Below, one piece after another: positions 51,411 to 63,559 of a stretch of 64,000 nt of DNA. The stretch lies in NCBI RefSeq assembly GCF_018977255.1, contig NW_024704743.1:27716001-27780000 (forward strand), read 5' to 3'. Position 1 is the first letter of the stretch. Every line of letters starts with the position of its first letter. The DNA is from Callorhinchus milii (lineage: Eukaryota). Both the position numbers and the translations under genes were made by a program. The notes under the pieces are model-generated. The model worked only from the letters and a program-made list of their open reading frames with translations, had not been told where the DNA came from and made no database searches.

Positions 51411-52459
51411 ACTTTGGTCAAGGTCATGGAGTTCAAATGATGAATAGAAACCATCAGGATATATATATGCTGTTTAATATAATGCTGTGGGATACCATGG
51501 CTTCTACCAAGTTTCTCTCCATGGAGCCAGTTCAACCTCTAGCAGTTCTGTACTGGTTTATACCCTGCCCACCAATTGTCTAACTCAATGTAAGAGGTGA
51601 CCAGGACTGTGTCACTTAAGTAAAAAAATGCAGCATGAATTTACGTGATGTATAAATTGGGCTAATATTCCATGGGCTAATTGTATTTAAATACACGGTT
51701 GTTTCTCTAATTATGCAAACAACTAATGAAACGGGAATCAGAACCCTAATGGTGGAGCTTCAGCTTTTGAGTGGAGCTGACAATTAATGGACAGGACAGA
51801 AGCCTAAACTATAGATTCATGCTGAGTTTATTGGTTTGAAGCCTAACTGCAGGGAATGAATAAAAATCAGCAGACTATTTATCCTGGACCTTCTCATGCT
51901 CCATTTACTTTCAGTGCTATTTCATACTTAAAGATTTTGCTGTTCATACATCTAATGCATTTAGCATGAAGACAATGCAAATGAGTATCTCAGCAAATTC
52001 AAATTGAACTGGCCATCTCTGCACAATGTGATAATATTTTACGCTTAAAGGAGTTGCCCTACAGTTTAGAACAGAGTGGAACTCAAATTTTCATCTGGGT
52101 AATTTGTAATTATGTTTTCCCAAATATTATAATTAAGCTTTACTTTAATGGAAATTTTGGAATAAGTAAATTCTAGTCAGTCATGCTGTATCACAGTAGA
52201 GCACCATGTGTAGTGAAGTCCATGTTAATTGTACCCACAGAATAGAAACACAGCCAAGGTTATGTAATTTCAGAGTGGTTAATTGAAATCTATTCATATG
52301 AAATAACATTACTAGAACCATTTTAATTGCTTCATTTAATTGCCTGTCTTTAATTAAAATTGTCAAGTCCAGTAATTTAAATATGCTCACGGCAGGTTCT
52401 TCAATTCATTAACATTCATAATGTCTAAGAACTTTTTAACATATAGAATGTATGTGTTT

Positions 52460-52918
52460 GGTCAGCCAGGTGTCCCTCACAATCCCTTACAATCAGAAAC
52501 CCATCACCATACTTAAGAGTATCCAAACCAGACTGAAAGAGTTCCATGCATCCCACCTACACATGGATATTCCCGTGTACTAAAATAGAATTCACACTTG
52601 CTCCAAAGTGGGATGAATCCTGTTTACCTAATTCTGAAAAATATTAGATGCAGGCTGAGAGCCAAGGCTTGGGGGACCCCAGAATGGTGTTGGGGTACTG
52701 CTGGAGTCTAACCAGCTAAAACTGTGTATCTTGCCATTGAGAGCACTGCTACTTGTCCAGCTAAGACCATACTATCTGTTTAGGGCTTTAGCTTATAGTG
52801 CTAATGGGAGCTCAGTGGAAAGAATCCCTGTCCCCAGTGAGTGGTCTGCCCTTCCAAGTCCCGCCGATCAGCCAGGCTGGCTGTGCTGTCATCAGCAGTG
52901 GCCTGGAATACTGTAGAC
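52460..52918 (-). repeat. Unclassified dispersed repeat, copy 2
   Basis: Reverse complement of 6906-7372. Confidence 0.8.
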
Positions 52919-53202
52919 TCTTGTAACTCAGGAACTATTCTACCAAGATCCCCACAGAGATTTAAATCGATTCCAACAATCCATTGCCAAAAGAAATCAC
53001 CTTGGAGCCAGCTCAGCTCCAAGGAGACTCTGCTTACCTCCCACCACCCCAAGGAGTATAGTATAGGACAGTATAGTGAGTTAGTTAACAGCATCTTTAC
53101 ATCTCGAGCACATGGGTTCAATTATAGCAAAAAGTATTCTCTCTGCTGGCTGTAAGGACCATAATTGAATGTGTTTCGACTCTCAATCCAACTTCCAGAA
53201 CA

Positions 53203-53712
53203 TGTCAGCCTGGCGTAATGGTAGCACTCTCTCCTCTGAGTCAGAAGGTTGTGGGTTGAATCTCTACGTTGGGATTTGAATTTATTTAATGTAAGCTGAT
53301 CTTTGAATGCAGTGTTGAGGGTGTTTCATTGTCAGAGATGCCGTCCTTCAGCTCTGAGACGCCTTCCGGCGTGGAGGGCACTATATAAATCCAAGTTGTT
53401 GTAGTTGTTGTTGAGATGTCAAAGCGAGCTGCTTAAACAGCCTGTTTAGGTGGACGTTGAAGATCCCATCGACATTATTCAAAAAGAGAAGGGAGTTTCT
53501 CCTGGTGTCCTGGCCAATACTCCCCCAAATAAAATTGGTCACTCACTCCATGGCTGTGTGAAACTTTTCTATGCCTGTTTATGGGACATTGCTCCAGCGT
53601 TTCACCCACAAAATACACAGTCAATATACCTTACAGTATATCCTTTGAAGTTCTTTGAGAAATCTCGACAACAAGAAGGGCACTATATCAAATGCCAAAT
53701 GTTATTTGTTAT
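53203..53712 (+). mobile_element. Older DeuSINE-type SINE carrying a nested L2 tail (53351-53412)
   Basis: Head, core and tail as in 49942-50314; insert gctctgagacgccttccggcgtggagggcactatataaatccaa(GTT)n also occurs at 13204-13259. Confidence 0.82.
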
Positions 53713-54826
53713 TAACATACATCAATAATAGAGAACTACCTATAATCTGGATCCTTTTTGCAGAGGCCAGTTGATGATCGGCATTAAAACGGGCAAAAAA
53801 ATCCCAATAGTACACTAAGGAGTCTTCTTCCAAAGATTGGGATAAGGCTGGTTTTGGGGCAATATAACAAATAAATAATCCTTGCATTTGACATAGCACC
53901 TCATCACGTCGTTGAAATGTCTCAAAGCACTTCACAGAATATACTGTAAAGTGGATTGACTGCAAAATATGATGGCTCTTTATTTTTAAATTGTCTATGA
54001 CTAGGAAATACATTACCAAGTGAGTGCAAAAATGCCTCAAAAGGGAAAGTGTTCCATGACTAAACACTTACATTTATTGCTTTGATAAGCACAAACAGCA
54101 TGATCAAATCATATTTTCCATGATGATAATTTGTGTTGGGTTGCTGTTCCAGGAGTCAGAATTTTGAGATACACAGTCTCAATGATAATTCTTACAACTT
54201 GTCACTACTCAGATTGCCTCAGCAATTCATTACCGGCTGCACACTGGCTAAGAACTTTGGGAATTGTATTCCTGAGATCAGGGAGAAGATACTCTCATTG
54301 TGTATTGTTTGCAGCTGAGTTGCAGTTGAGGTACAGGTGCATTGAGAGCACATTAGATTCTGAAACATGCTGAAGAGTGAGTAGGGCATAGAAACTGAGA
54401 CACAGTTAATTACTTGCACAATTGATTAAGGGAAAGAAAGGTTCTAAAACTCTGCTCGAGAGATTATTCCTAGCAAGAAAAAAAACATGAATAGAAAATA
54501 AATTGAGGCGGTTGGTGTTTACTGACTGAAAGCTAGTGAAATAATATATAAGTATGAGGGTCAGAAGTGTTAATGGCTGAATGTAAAGAACTCAATCTGG
54601 ACCTCAGCAGTGAGACATGGTTATTGTGGTTTTACATCAACTGTGGCACATTTTGATTTCCTAGTCTGTAATTATAATAATAATCCTTGCATTTGATATA
54701 GCGCTTTTCACATCTTCTCGACGTCTCAGAGCGCTTATGTAATGGAAGGTAAATTACATTTCATTGGAATTACAATATCAAGGAGGGATTAAAAGATTAA
54801 CAGGCTTTTCAATTTGCTTGTAATTT

Positions 54827-55244
54827 TTTTGCTCCCTCCCTTCTTTTGATGGGTAAATTTTAATTGTAGTGCTTGATTTAATTGATTCTGATTGAAATGT
54901 CATGATGATGTGCAATGAATGTTATTAAGACCAAAGTAATTAATTGGCACAAGAGTGTCCCAAGCGAATGGGATGAAATTGCAGAGCCACGGAGATAATA
55001 ATAATAAAATAATTTATTATTTTGCTCCCTCCCTTGTTTTGATGGGTATAGTCATTTACTTTACAGTATCTTCTGCCAAGCACTTTGAGACATCTCGAAG
55101 CCGTGATAAGACGCTATATCAAATGCAAGGATTATTATTCATTCTAATTGTTGTGCTTGATTTAATTGATTCTGTTTAAAATTTCATGATGATGTGCAGG
55201 GAATGTTACTAAGACCCAAAGGCAATTAATTGACACGAGGAGTG
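54827..55244. repeat. Local ~130 bp tandem duplication; the second copy carries a SINE tail (55049-55140)
   Basis: 54827-54957 aligns to 55020-55048 + 55141-55244. Confidence 0.85.
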
Positions 55245-56161
55245 GGGGATCAGAATCAACTGATAGACAAACATTGAGCTTGAATTTGTTTCTCAGGTCA
55301 AAAATCCAGCAAGTTCTAACATGGTAAGGGTATGGCAGAATTTTTGAATAAATATTGTGTCTGTCTTCACGGAAAATGAGATCAGAGAATGCTATTTAGC
55401 GAAGTGGAGAAACGTAAAGATATAATTATAAACAGAAAAATAGCAATGGATGAACATAGATCTAAAGCCAGACAAATCTCCAGGACCAGACAGTTTCTAC
55501 CCCTTGGCACTGGCATGGCTGTCAGTGGGACATTGCTGTGTGCAAATTGGCTGCTGTGTTCATTCACAGTCACTCCACCTAATAAGGCGCTACATCAAAT
55601 GTAGGAAATATTATTATCACCAAAGTTATTGAGCCATTATGTCACTGACCAACACTGTTGTAGCAATCTATCCATATCTTCCTATCAAAACAAGAACAAA
55701 GAAATGTACGATTACAGGAGGTAATCCATAGCAAAAAAACTCAGTGTTCAGTCCCTATTTTATTCATCAGCATGATTATAGGAAATAACCAATGTCCTGG
55801 TATGAAAGCAAAAAGAAAGTACAAGGATAAAATGGAATCCCAAATTACCAATTACTTTTTGTCAAAATTCTTTATTCAAATAAAAAATCATTATTCAGAT
55901 ATGTATAAAAAAACATGAGGAGCATTTTTTTAGAAAAGGAAACGGCTAAAACAGTCAATCATCCCAATGTTGGTTACCTTATAAAATCATAACGTAATCT
56001 TTGCATTTAATATAATATTTTTCATGTCAGAAGAACATGCACAGCAACTTCCCACAAATAGCTATGAAAAGAGTGACCGATTTTACACGGGGAACTGTTG
56101 GCCAGGACACTGGTAGAAACTGTCATTTGGATCTTTGATGTCCACCTGATATATATCTAGT

Positions 56162-56192
<31 letters not shown>

Positions 56193-56534
56193 GGCAGACA
56201 TAAGCTTAGTGCCTGAACAAAATGCCCCTGACTGATGTTCAACTTAGGTCAGTTTGTTTCAATTGTGTACAGCTGATGTTATAATGGCATTTTAAGCAAC
56301 AAAAAAACAGCTTGTTGTTGATGTTGTCATTCCCTCTGACACCATCCTGCAGCTAACCTGTCCTTTTGGCAACAGTACAACATCACTAACTGTCATGAAG
56401 TGAATCACCAATTTTATTTGGGATTGTTGGCCAATAAACTGGGGGAAAATCCCTTCTGTTTTCTAGTAGTGCTCTGGGATCTTTGACGTTCATCTGAACA
56501 AGCAGACGGGACTTCAGTTTAACATCTCATCTGA

Positions 56535-56997
56535 TCCGTCTCATCCGGCTCAGCCAGACCGCTCCCCTCAGGTCGCCGAGACCCTCATCTATGCATTTAT
56601 CACATCCAGGATCCAGACTCGACTATGCTATCTCCCTGTTTGTCAGCCTTCCCATCGCTTCTCTCCACAAGCTGCAGATCCTCTCCCACACTAAGCTATG
56701 TGATCCTAACACCTCTATCCTCACCCAGCTCTACTGAATCCCCATCTCCCAGAGGATAGAGTTCCAAATTCTCGTCCTCACCTTCAAAGCCCTCCAAGGC
56801 CTTGCTCCTCCCTACCTCTGTGATCTGCTAACTCCATATGGACCTGCCTTCTCCCTCCGCTCAGCGGGCTCCAACCTGCTCCATGTCCCCTGCCCCTCCC
56901 GCCCCACCATCAGCAGATGGGCCTTCAGCCTTTTTGCCTCCATCCTTTGGAACTCCATCCCACAGTCCCCTCCCTTGCTCCTTCAAATCCTGTCTCA
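56535..56997 (+). mobile_element. L2-clade LINE ORF2 C-terminal fragment
   Basis: AETLIYAFITSR..LDY...QLY*IPISQRIEFQILVLTFKALQGLAPPYL-like translation. Confidence 0.85.
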
Positions 56998-58479
56998 ATA
57001 TCCACAAAATATACAGTCACTACACTTTACAGTATATTCTGTGAAGCGCTTTGAAACATCTAGAAGACATGATAAGGCGCTATGACAAAGGCAAGGATTA
57101 CTTACATTATTTGGCATGCCAGACTCCAGTCTTTTACTTTTGTTACTGTATTTCCTTGTAGTGATATTTTAATCTGTGTTGTGCTTATCATATTACTTAC
57201 TACAATCACATGCTTAACCCAAACCTCCTATTTCCTACAATTGATAATTGTACATAATGTACCTTAAGAACATGTTAACAAAGTCAGTGGTGGACTGGCT
57301 CCCTGAAAAGGCTTGTGAAAGTGGTGTCAGATAAAATTGGGGGCTAGTTCATGGAAGGTGGCAATTTGTGGAGGTGCCAATTTGGGGAGGTGTCAAAAAG
57401 CATAAAATATTTGTGCATTTAAAAACTTTGTCGGCCTTTAATGGAACTTATGAACTAGGCTGCATTGGGTGGTCAGCATTGGGAGCCATTTGCAGGTCTG
57501 CTCAGGAAACTTCTCGATTTCCCATATACCTCATGCACCCCTGAACAAAGTTAACAAAGTGCTGAGTATTTCATCCAAGTGACATTCTTCATATCATGAA
57601 ACCCAAATTTAGTCAACCAGGTGTACATGCTACAGCCTCTAGATGGTGCTATAAGGAGGCTAATTGAAACACTGGTACTGTCTTTAATTGTTAATACAGT
57701 ACTAGTAAATGTTAAACTGGAAAATGTGGTGTGCTCTTGTTATGAATTAAGTTTAGTAAGACATCTATTCAGATATGCAGACACATACAGTCCTCAAAAG
57801 ATGAACACTGATCATTGATAATATTGATTTCTTAATTTCTATGTAAGTATTGCTGCTGATCACTAATTTTGAGACAAGTAGCAGCTGTGAGTGCCGACAA
57901 GTTTATATAGCATCCCATAGGCAATGGGGAGATATTTCCTCATTGTCCCTCTAAACAGTAACTGAAATTATGTTCAAAAACCTTTACAGAAGTTCCTTTA
58001 CTCGCAATATCCACCTCCTGACACAAGAGAAGTTTGGATAAAGAAGGCCCTTTCCCTCATTTTTGGCTCATTCCAGAACACCTACTCGACCATCCTCCCA
58101 TCAAAGCATCAAGTTGTTTCTTCAATAAGTCCAGTTCCTGGCCTCAACCATTCTTCCTGGTAACCTGTTCCAGTCGTTGTTATCCTCTGGTTAAATAAAT
58201 TCTTTCTGGTATCTGTCTTGAAGTTTCCCTTTGCTATCCTGAACTGTGGTCTCTTGTTCTGCTGTCTTGGCATATTTGATTGTATTGTTTGGGGATTAGT
58301 TTTTCAATCCCATTTAAAATTCGTCATCCTGCTAAAGTGTCTCCAAACCAAACTGCTGAGAGTTCCACATATGTATGGTTTCCTGGCATTTCTGGCACAG
58401 GGGGACACACTTTGCTTATCTAATCCCGAAGAGGTTGGAAAAACCAAGGCTTGAGGATGCCACAGTGTGCATTGGGGTT

Positions 58480-58835
58480 GTAATAATTATAATCCTTGCA
58501 TTTGTTTTAACACCTTATCGTGTCGTCTCACAGCGCCTCACAGAATATAGCGTAAAGTGAATTGACTGTATATTTTGAGGGCGAAACACAGCAGCCAGTT
58601 ATGCACAGCAGTGTCCCACAAACAGCTGTGGATTGAGTGAACAAATTAGTATTATTTATCTACTTTTTTTTTAAGGGATTATTAAACCCAGAACAATCTA
58701 CCAATCGACAAACAACTGGGTTCCTACTTACTGTTAGGTAAACTGAGGCGTGTGGAGCAAGGAAAGTGGCCTAAGATTTTGCCCTGTCTCAGAATAAAAC
58801 CCGGGTCCTCTCACTTGTAAAACGCTACTGGACTC
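58480..58835 (-). mobile_element. Younger tRNA-derived SINE, long variant (head partly deleted)
   Basis: Homologous to 20078-20435. Confidence 0.85.
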
Positions 58836-59940
58836 CACTTGTTGCTGGGTTTAACCACGTGAAGCCATTGGGAACACTGGCAAACTTCCTGCTGCTTGTA
58901 TAGCTACGACCATTTGGACTTGCAGGGTTAACATGTGCCGAGTACAAAAATCCCACATAAAGATGCCATAGTGGGGGAAAAATACAAACGTGCCTCAATA
59001 TTTAATTATGTCTAAACATAGGTAAAGTATATAGAAACACCTAATTACGTGAACAAAAGTAAAGATATCTAAAATTGGCAAATTTAAGCAACAGAGGTTA
59101 TCTTGTGGTATGTCTTAACTGAATTCCTTGATAAGACTCCCTTTCAAATTCCCATTCACCCGTGGAAAACCTGCTCCGGGAACTAATGTCGTCAAATCGG
59201 AATTCCTGTTGGTCCGCAATACACACTACCGGTCAGCAAAAAGATTTTCCATTTAGGCTAAGAGATACTGCAGTTTGAAATGCCCACGTGTTATTGAAAA
59301 ATGCTCTTTGCCCAGCTTTGAAGAGAAAGTTAATCCACTTCACAGTATATTCTGGGAACCGGTTTGAGACGTCTCAACGATGTGATAAGGCGCTATATCA
59401 AATGCAAGGATTATTACTCTTATTATCTTCCAATCACTTCTGAAGACTTTCCTCTTTGACTGTTTCTACCATCACCTCTCCTTTCTCCCAGGCTCAGAAT
59501 CAAAATACGCCACTGTCAAGCTCTCCAAGTCACTAACCCACATGAAGGGCACTATGTGAATACAAATAGTCATTTAACTGAAATAAATCACCATATCAGA
59601 ACACAAATCACCAGATCAGCAACCTTTATTTTATATAAAAAGAAACTCTTTGCGTATCCTTTAAACTCATGGTAATAACTTGTTGATGGCGATTTCATTT
59701 GGGTTTTCAATTAAAGTTGTGGGGGGGAGTTTTTGTAGAAAAAGAGACTTCACTGCGTCTGAAAAAAGAAGTCAAGGTGTGCAGGAGGTTTAGCTCGACA
59801 GGAGCTACACACGTCTCCTCTGGAACAAGCAACTGATTTAAAATCTTTGCATAAATCTGTATTTTTTGGGGGGAAAAAAACACAAGAGGGCAAGTGTGTG
59901 GGGCGTCAGAAATGAACTGAAAACGAGTTCAGTAAATGAA

Positions 59941-60378
59941 GTGGTGTGTGTGTGTGTGTGTGTGTGTTGGTGTGTGTTTGGTGTGTGTGTGTGTTTGGTG
60001 TGTGTGTGTGTTTGGTGTGTGTGTGTTTGGTGTGTGTGTGTGTGTGTTTGGTGTGTGTGTGTTTGGTGTGTGTGTGTGTTTGGTGTGTGTGTGTTTGGTG
60101 TGTGTGTGTTTGGTGTGTGTGTGTGTTTGGTGTGTGTGTCTGGTGTGTGTGGTGGTGTTGTGTGTTTGGTGTGTGTGTGTTTTTATTTGCTCACCTGCTA
60201 CCTCTCGGGTTACTGGAATCTTTTAACCGGTGTGTGTGTGTTTGGTGTGTGTGTGTGTGTGTGGTGTGTGTGTGTTTGGTGTCTGTGTGTTTGGTGTGTT
60301 TGTGTGTGTGGTGTGTGTGTTTGGTGTGTGTGTGTTTGGTGTGTGTGTGTGTGTGTGTTTGGTGTGTGTGTGTGTTTG

Positions 60379-60411
<33 letters not shown>

Positions 60412-62246
60412 TGGTGTGTGTGTGTTTGGTGTGTGTGTGTGTGTGGTGTGTGTGTGTGTTTGGTGTGTGTTGTGTGTTGTGTGTGTGTGTTTGGTGTGTG
60501 TGTGTGTGTTGGTGTGTGTGTGTGTGTGTTTGGTGTGTGTGTGTGTTTGGTGTGTGTGTGTGTTTGGTGTGTGTGTGTGTTTGGTGTGTGTGTGTGTGTT
60601 TGGTGTGTGTGTGTTTGGTGTGTGTGTGTGTGTTTGGTGTGTGTGTGTGTGTGTTGGTGTGTGTGTGTGTTTGGTGTGTGTGTGTGTTTGGGTGTGTGTG
60701 TTGGTGCTGTGTGTGTGTGTTTGGTGTGTGTGTGTGTGTGTGTTTGGTGTGTGTGTGTGTTTGGTGTGTGTGTGTTTGGTGTGTGTGTGTTTGGTGTGTG
60801 TGTGTGTGTTTGGTGTGTGTGTGTTTGGTGTGTGTGTGTGTGCGCTCTCCAGGTAAACCCACTGCAGGACCCCAAGAGAAAAAAAACACGCGAAAAAAAA
60901 AACCTGCAAGGAAACAAAAATACGACATAAAGTGGAGGGACCAAAAAGGGACTGGTTTGCAATGTGTGTGTTTTTTATTTGCTCACCTGCTACCTCTCGG
61001 GTTACTGGAATCTTTTTAACCGGTTGTGCTGTGTTTGGTGTGTGTGTGTGTGTGTGTTTGGTGTGTGTGTGTTTGGTGTGTGTGTGTGTTTGGTGTGTGT
61101 GTGTGTGTGTTTGGTGTGTGTGTGTGTGTGGTGTGTGTTTGTTTGGTGTGTGTGTGTGTTTGGTGTGTGTGTGTTTGGTGTGTGTGTGTGTGTTTGGTGT
61201 GTGTGTGTTTGGTGTGTGTGTGTGTTTGGTGTGTGTGTGTTTGGTTTGTTGTGTGTGTGTGTGTGTGTGTGTGTTTGGTGTGTGTGTGTTTGGTGTGTGT
61301 GTGTGTTTGGTTGTTGTGTGGTGTGTGTGTGTTTGGTGTGTGTGTGTGTTTGGTGTGTGTGTGTTTGGTGTGTGTGTGTGTTTGGTTTGTGTGTGTGTGT
61401 TTGGTGTGTGTGTGTTTGGTGTGTGTGTGTTTGGTGTGTGTGTGTGTTTGGTGTGTGTGTGTTTGGTGTGTGTGTGTGTTTGGTGTGTGTGTGTGTTTGG
61501 TGTGTGTGGTGTGTGTGTGTTTGGTGTGTGTGTGTTTGGTGTGTGTGTGTTTGGTGTGTGTGTCTGGTGTGTGTGTGTGTCAGTCTGGTGTGTGTTTGGT
61601 GTGTGTGTGTGTCAGTCTGGTGTGTGTTTGGTGTGTGTGTCTGGTGTGTGTGTGTGTGTGTGTGTGTGTTTGGTGTGTGTGTGTGTGTGTTTGGTGTGTG
61701 TGTGTTTGGTGTGTGTGTGTGTTTGGTGTGTGTGTGTTTGGTGTGTGTGTGTGTGTTTGGTGTGTGTTTGGTGTGTGTGTGTTTGGTGTGTGTGTGTTTG
61801 GTGTGTGTGTGTTTGGTGTGTGTGTGTGTTTGGTGTGTGTGTGTTTGGTGTGTGTGTGTTTGGTGTGTGTGTGTGTTTGGTGTGTGTGTGTTTGGTGTGT
61901 GTGTGTGTTTGGTGTGTGTGTGTTTGGTGTGTGTGTGTTTGGTGTGTGTGTGTGTTTGGTGTGTGTGTGTTTGGTGTGTGTGTGGTGTGTGTGTGTGGTG
62001 TGTGTGGTTTGGTGTGTGTGTGGTTTGGTGTGTGTGTGGTGTGTTTGGTGTGTGTGTATGTGTGGTGTGTGTGTGTTTGGTGTGTGTGTGTTTGGTGTGT
62101 GGTGTGTTTGGTGTGTGTGTGTGTGTGTGTGTGTGGTGTGGGGGTATATATATATATTATATATATATACCCCCACACCACACACACACACACACCAAAC
62201 ACACACCAAACACACACACCAAACACACACACACCAAACACACACC
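59941..62246. repeat. ~2.3 kb compound (GT)n-TTG satellite with two unique inserts and a terminal strand inversion
   Basis: Visible in the sequence; source of the long Cys/Val and His/Thr ORFs. Confidence 0.97.
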
Positions 62247-62279
62247 GAAACACAGATACATATATTACATATAAAAAAA

Positions 62280-63049
62280 GTCTCTGAGATGACAGACGAG
62301 GGCGCTGAACCTCTGATGACTCGCTGTGAATGACAGTGTTTGTGGTGTGTGTTGGTGAGTGTGTTGTGAGCCACAGACACTTGTCCTTCCCCAATGCAGT
62401 CAGTCTTCAGAGGAGAGGAGAGGAGAGGAGGAGAGGAGGAGAGGAGAGGAGAGGATGGATGAGCTCTTCGCCCGTCTCATCTCTCTTTTCTCTGCGGATC
62501 TAAGGCCGGGGACTTCCTGAACAAAACCAGACAGCAGCAGTTCTTTTTTCTCTCTCTCTCTCTCTCTCTCTCATCTATCTTTTTTATTATTATTATTATT
62601 ATTAACGCACATCCCGCAGCAGCAGCAGAGGCAGAGTCAGCAACAGCAGCAACAGCAGCAGCCGCAGGACTTCCCGCAGCAAACCCGCACAGCACCTTTT
62701 TGGTGCTGCCGAATGCGGTCCCTCGTTTCTTTCGGGATCAGAGAGGAAGGAGGAGGAGGAGGAGGTGGTGGAGGAGGAGGTGGTGGGGGGTGAATAGTCT
62801 GGAAGCTCTCAGGCTCCGGATCGGATGAATGTTAAACCCCTCTCTCTCCCTCTCTCCCTCTCTGTGTGTCTTGGAATCGCCGAGGAAGCGACGCAACGAC
62901 AACGAGAGACTTTATTCGGGTCCAAATCCTTTGGATGCGCAGCGACTGCAACCTGCTGCAAGTTTCTGCAGCTGCTCCCCTCTCTCTCTGTGTGCATTCC
63001 CCCCCTCCCCCCCCTTTTTTTTCCCCCCTGTTTTGCATGGCTGTAGACC
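62280..63049 (+). promoter_or_regulatory. FHOD3: CpG-rich promoter / 5' UTR region of FHOD3
   Basis: Elevated CpG, (GGA)n, (CAG)-rich and (CT)n tracts immediately upstream of the start codon. Confidence 0.55.
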
Positions 63050-63214
63050 ATGGCCACTTTCGTCTGCAGGGTTCAGTTCTTAGACGACACCGATCCGTTC
63101 AACAGCACCAACTTCCCCGAACCCACCCGACCCCCCGTCTACACTTTCCGAGAGGACATCCCTCTGATCAATCAGATCGCCGGGGTCCACCGGCTGCTCA
63201 GAGCTCCCCACAAG
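63050..63214 (+). CDS. FHOD3: Formin homology 2 domain-containing protein 3, coding exon 1 (55 aa); gene continues beyond the window
   Basis: Strong Kozak accATGg; MATFVCRVQFLDDTDPFNSTNFPEPTRPPVYTFREDIPLINQIAGVHRLLRAPHK matches the FHOD3 N-terminus (FHOD1 differs); donor AAG|GTAAGG. Confidence 0.93.
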
Positions 63215-63527
63215 GTAAGGGGTGAGGGGATGGGGGGGAGAGGGGGGAGGGGAGGGGAGAGGGGAGGGGGGAAAATAATCTGGACAGTGGTCTGCAAAGG
63301 GAAACAAGTGGTCTTGGGGGTGTGGGGGGGGGTTGGGGAGTGGGTGCAAACGAATCACTTTCCTGAAGTATTGTACAACAAGTCCCATTATTTGTTGCAC
63401 AGTGCAATCGATATGAATTGATCCACACCTGACTTTTATTATACAGTTGCACACACGCGTGGTATTAAATGGATATGTTGTGTGTGTGTGTGTGTGTGTG
63501 CATGTTGCATATATTGTGTGTGTGTGG

Positions 63528-63559
<32 letters not shown>

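Noticed and set aside
59866..62394. Long ORFs (200-450 aa) rich in Cys/Val or His/Thr
   Set aside because: Translations of the (GT)n-TTG satellite, open in most frames because the repeat has no stop codons
63050..63421. 123 aa single-exon ORF, or FHOD1
   Set aside because: Homology stops at the GT donor after 63214 and the rest is intron read-through; the N-terminus matches FHOD3, not FHOD1
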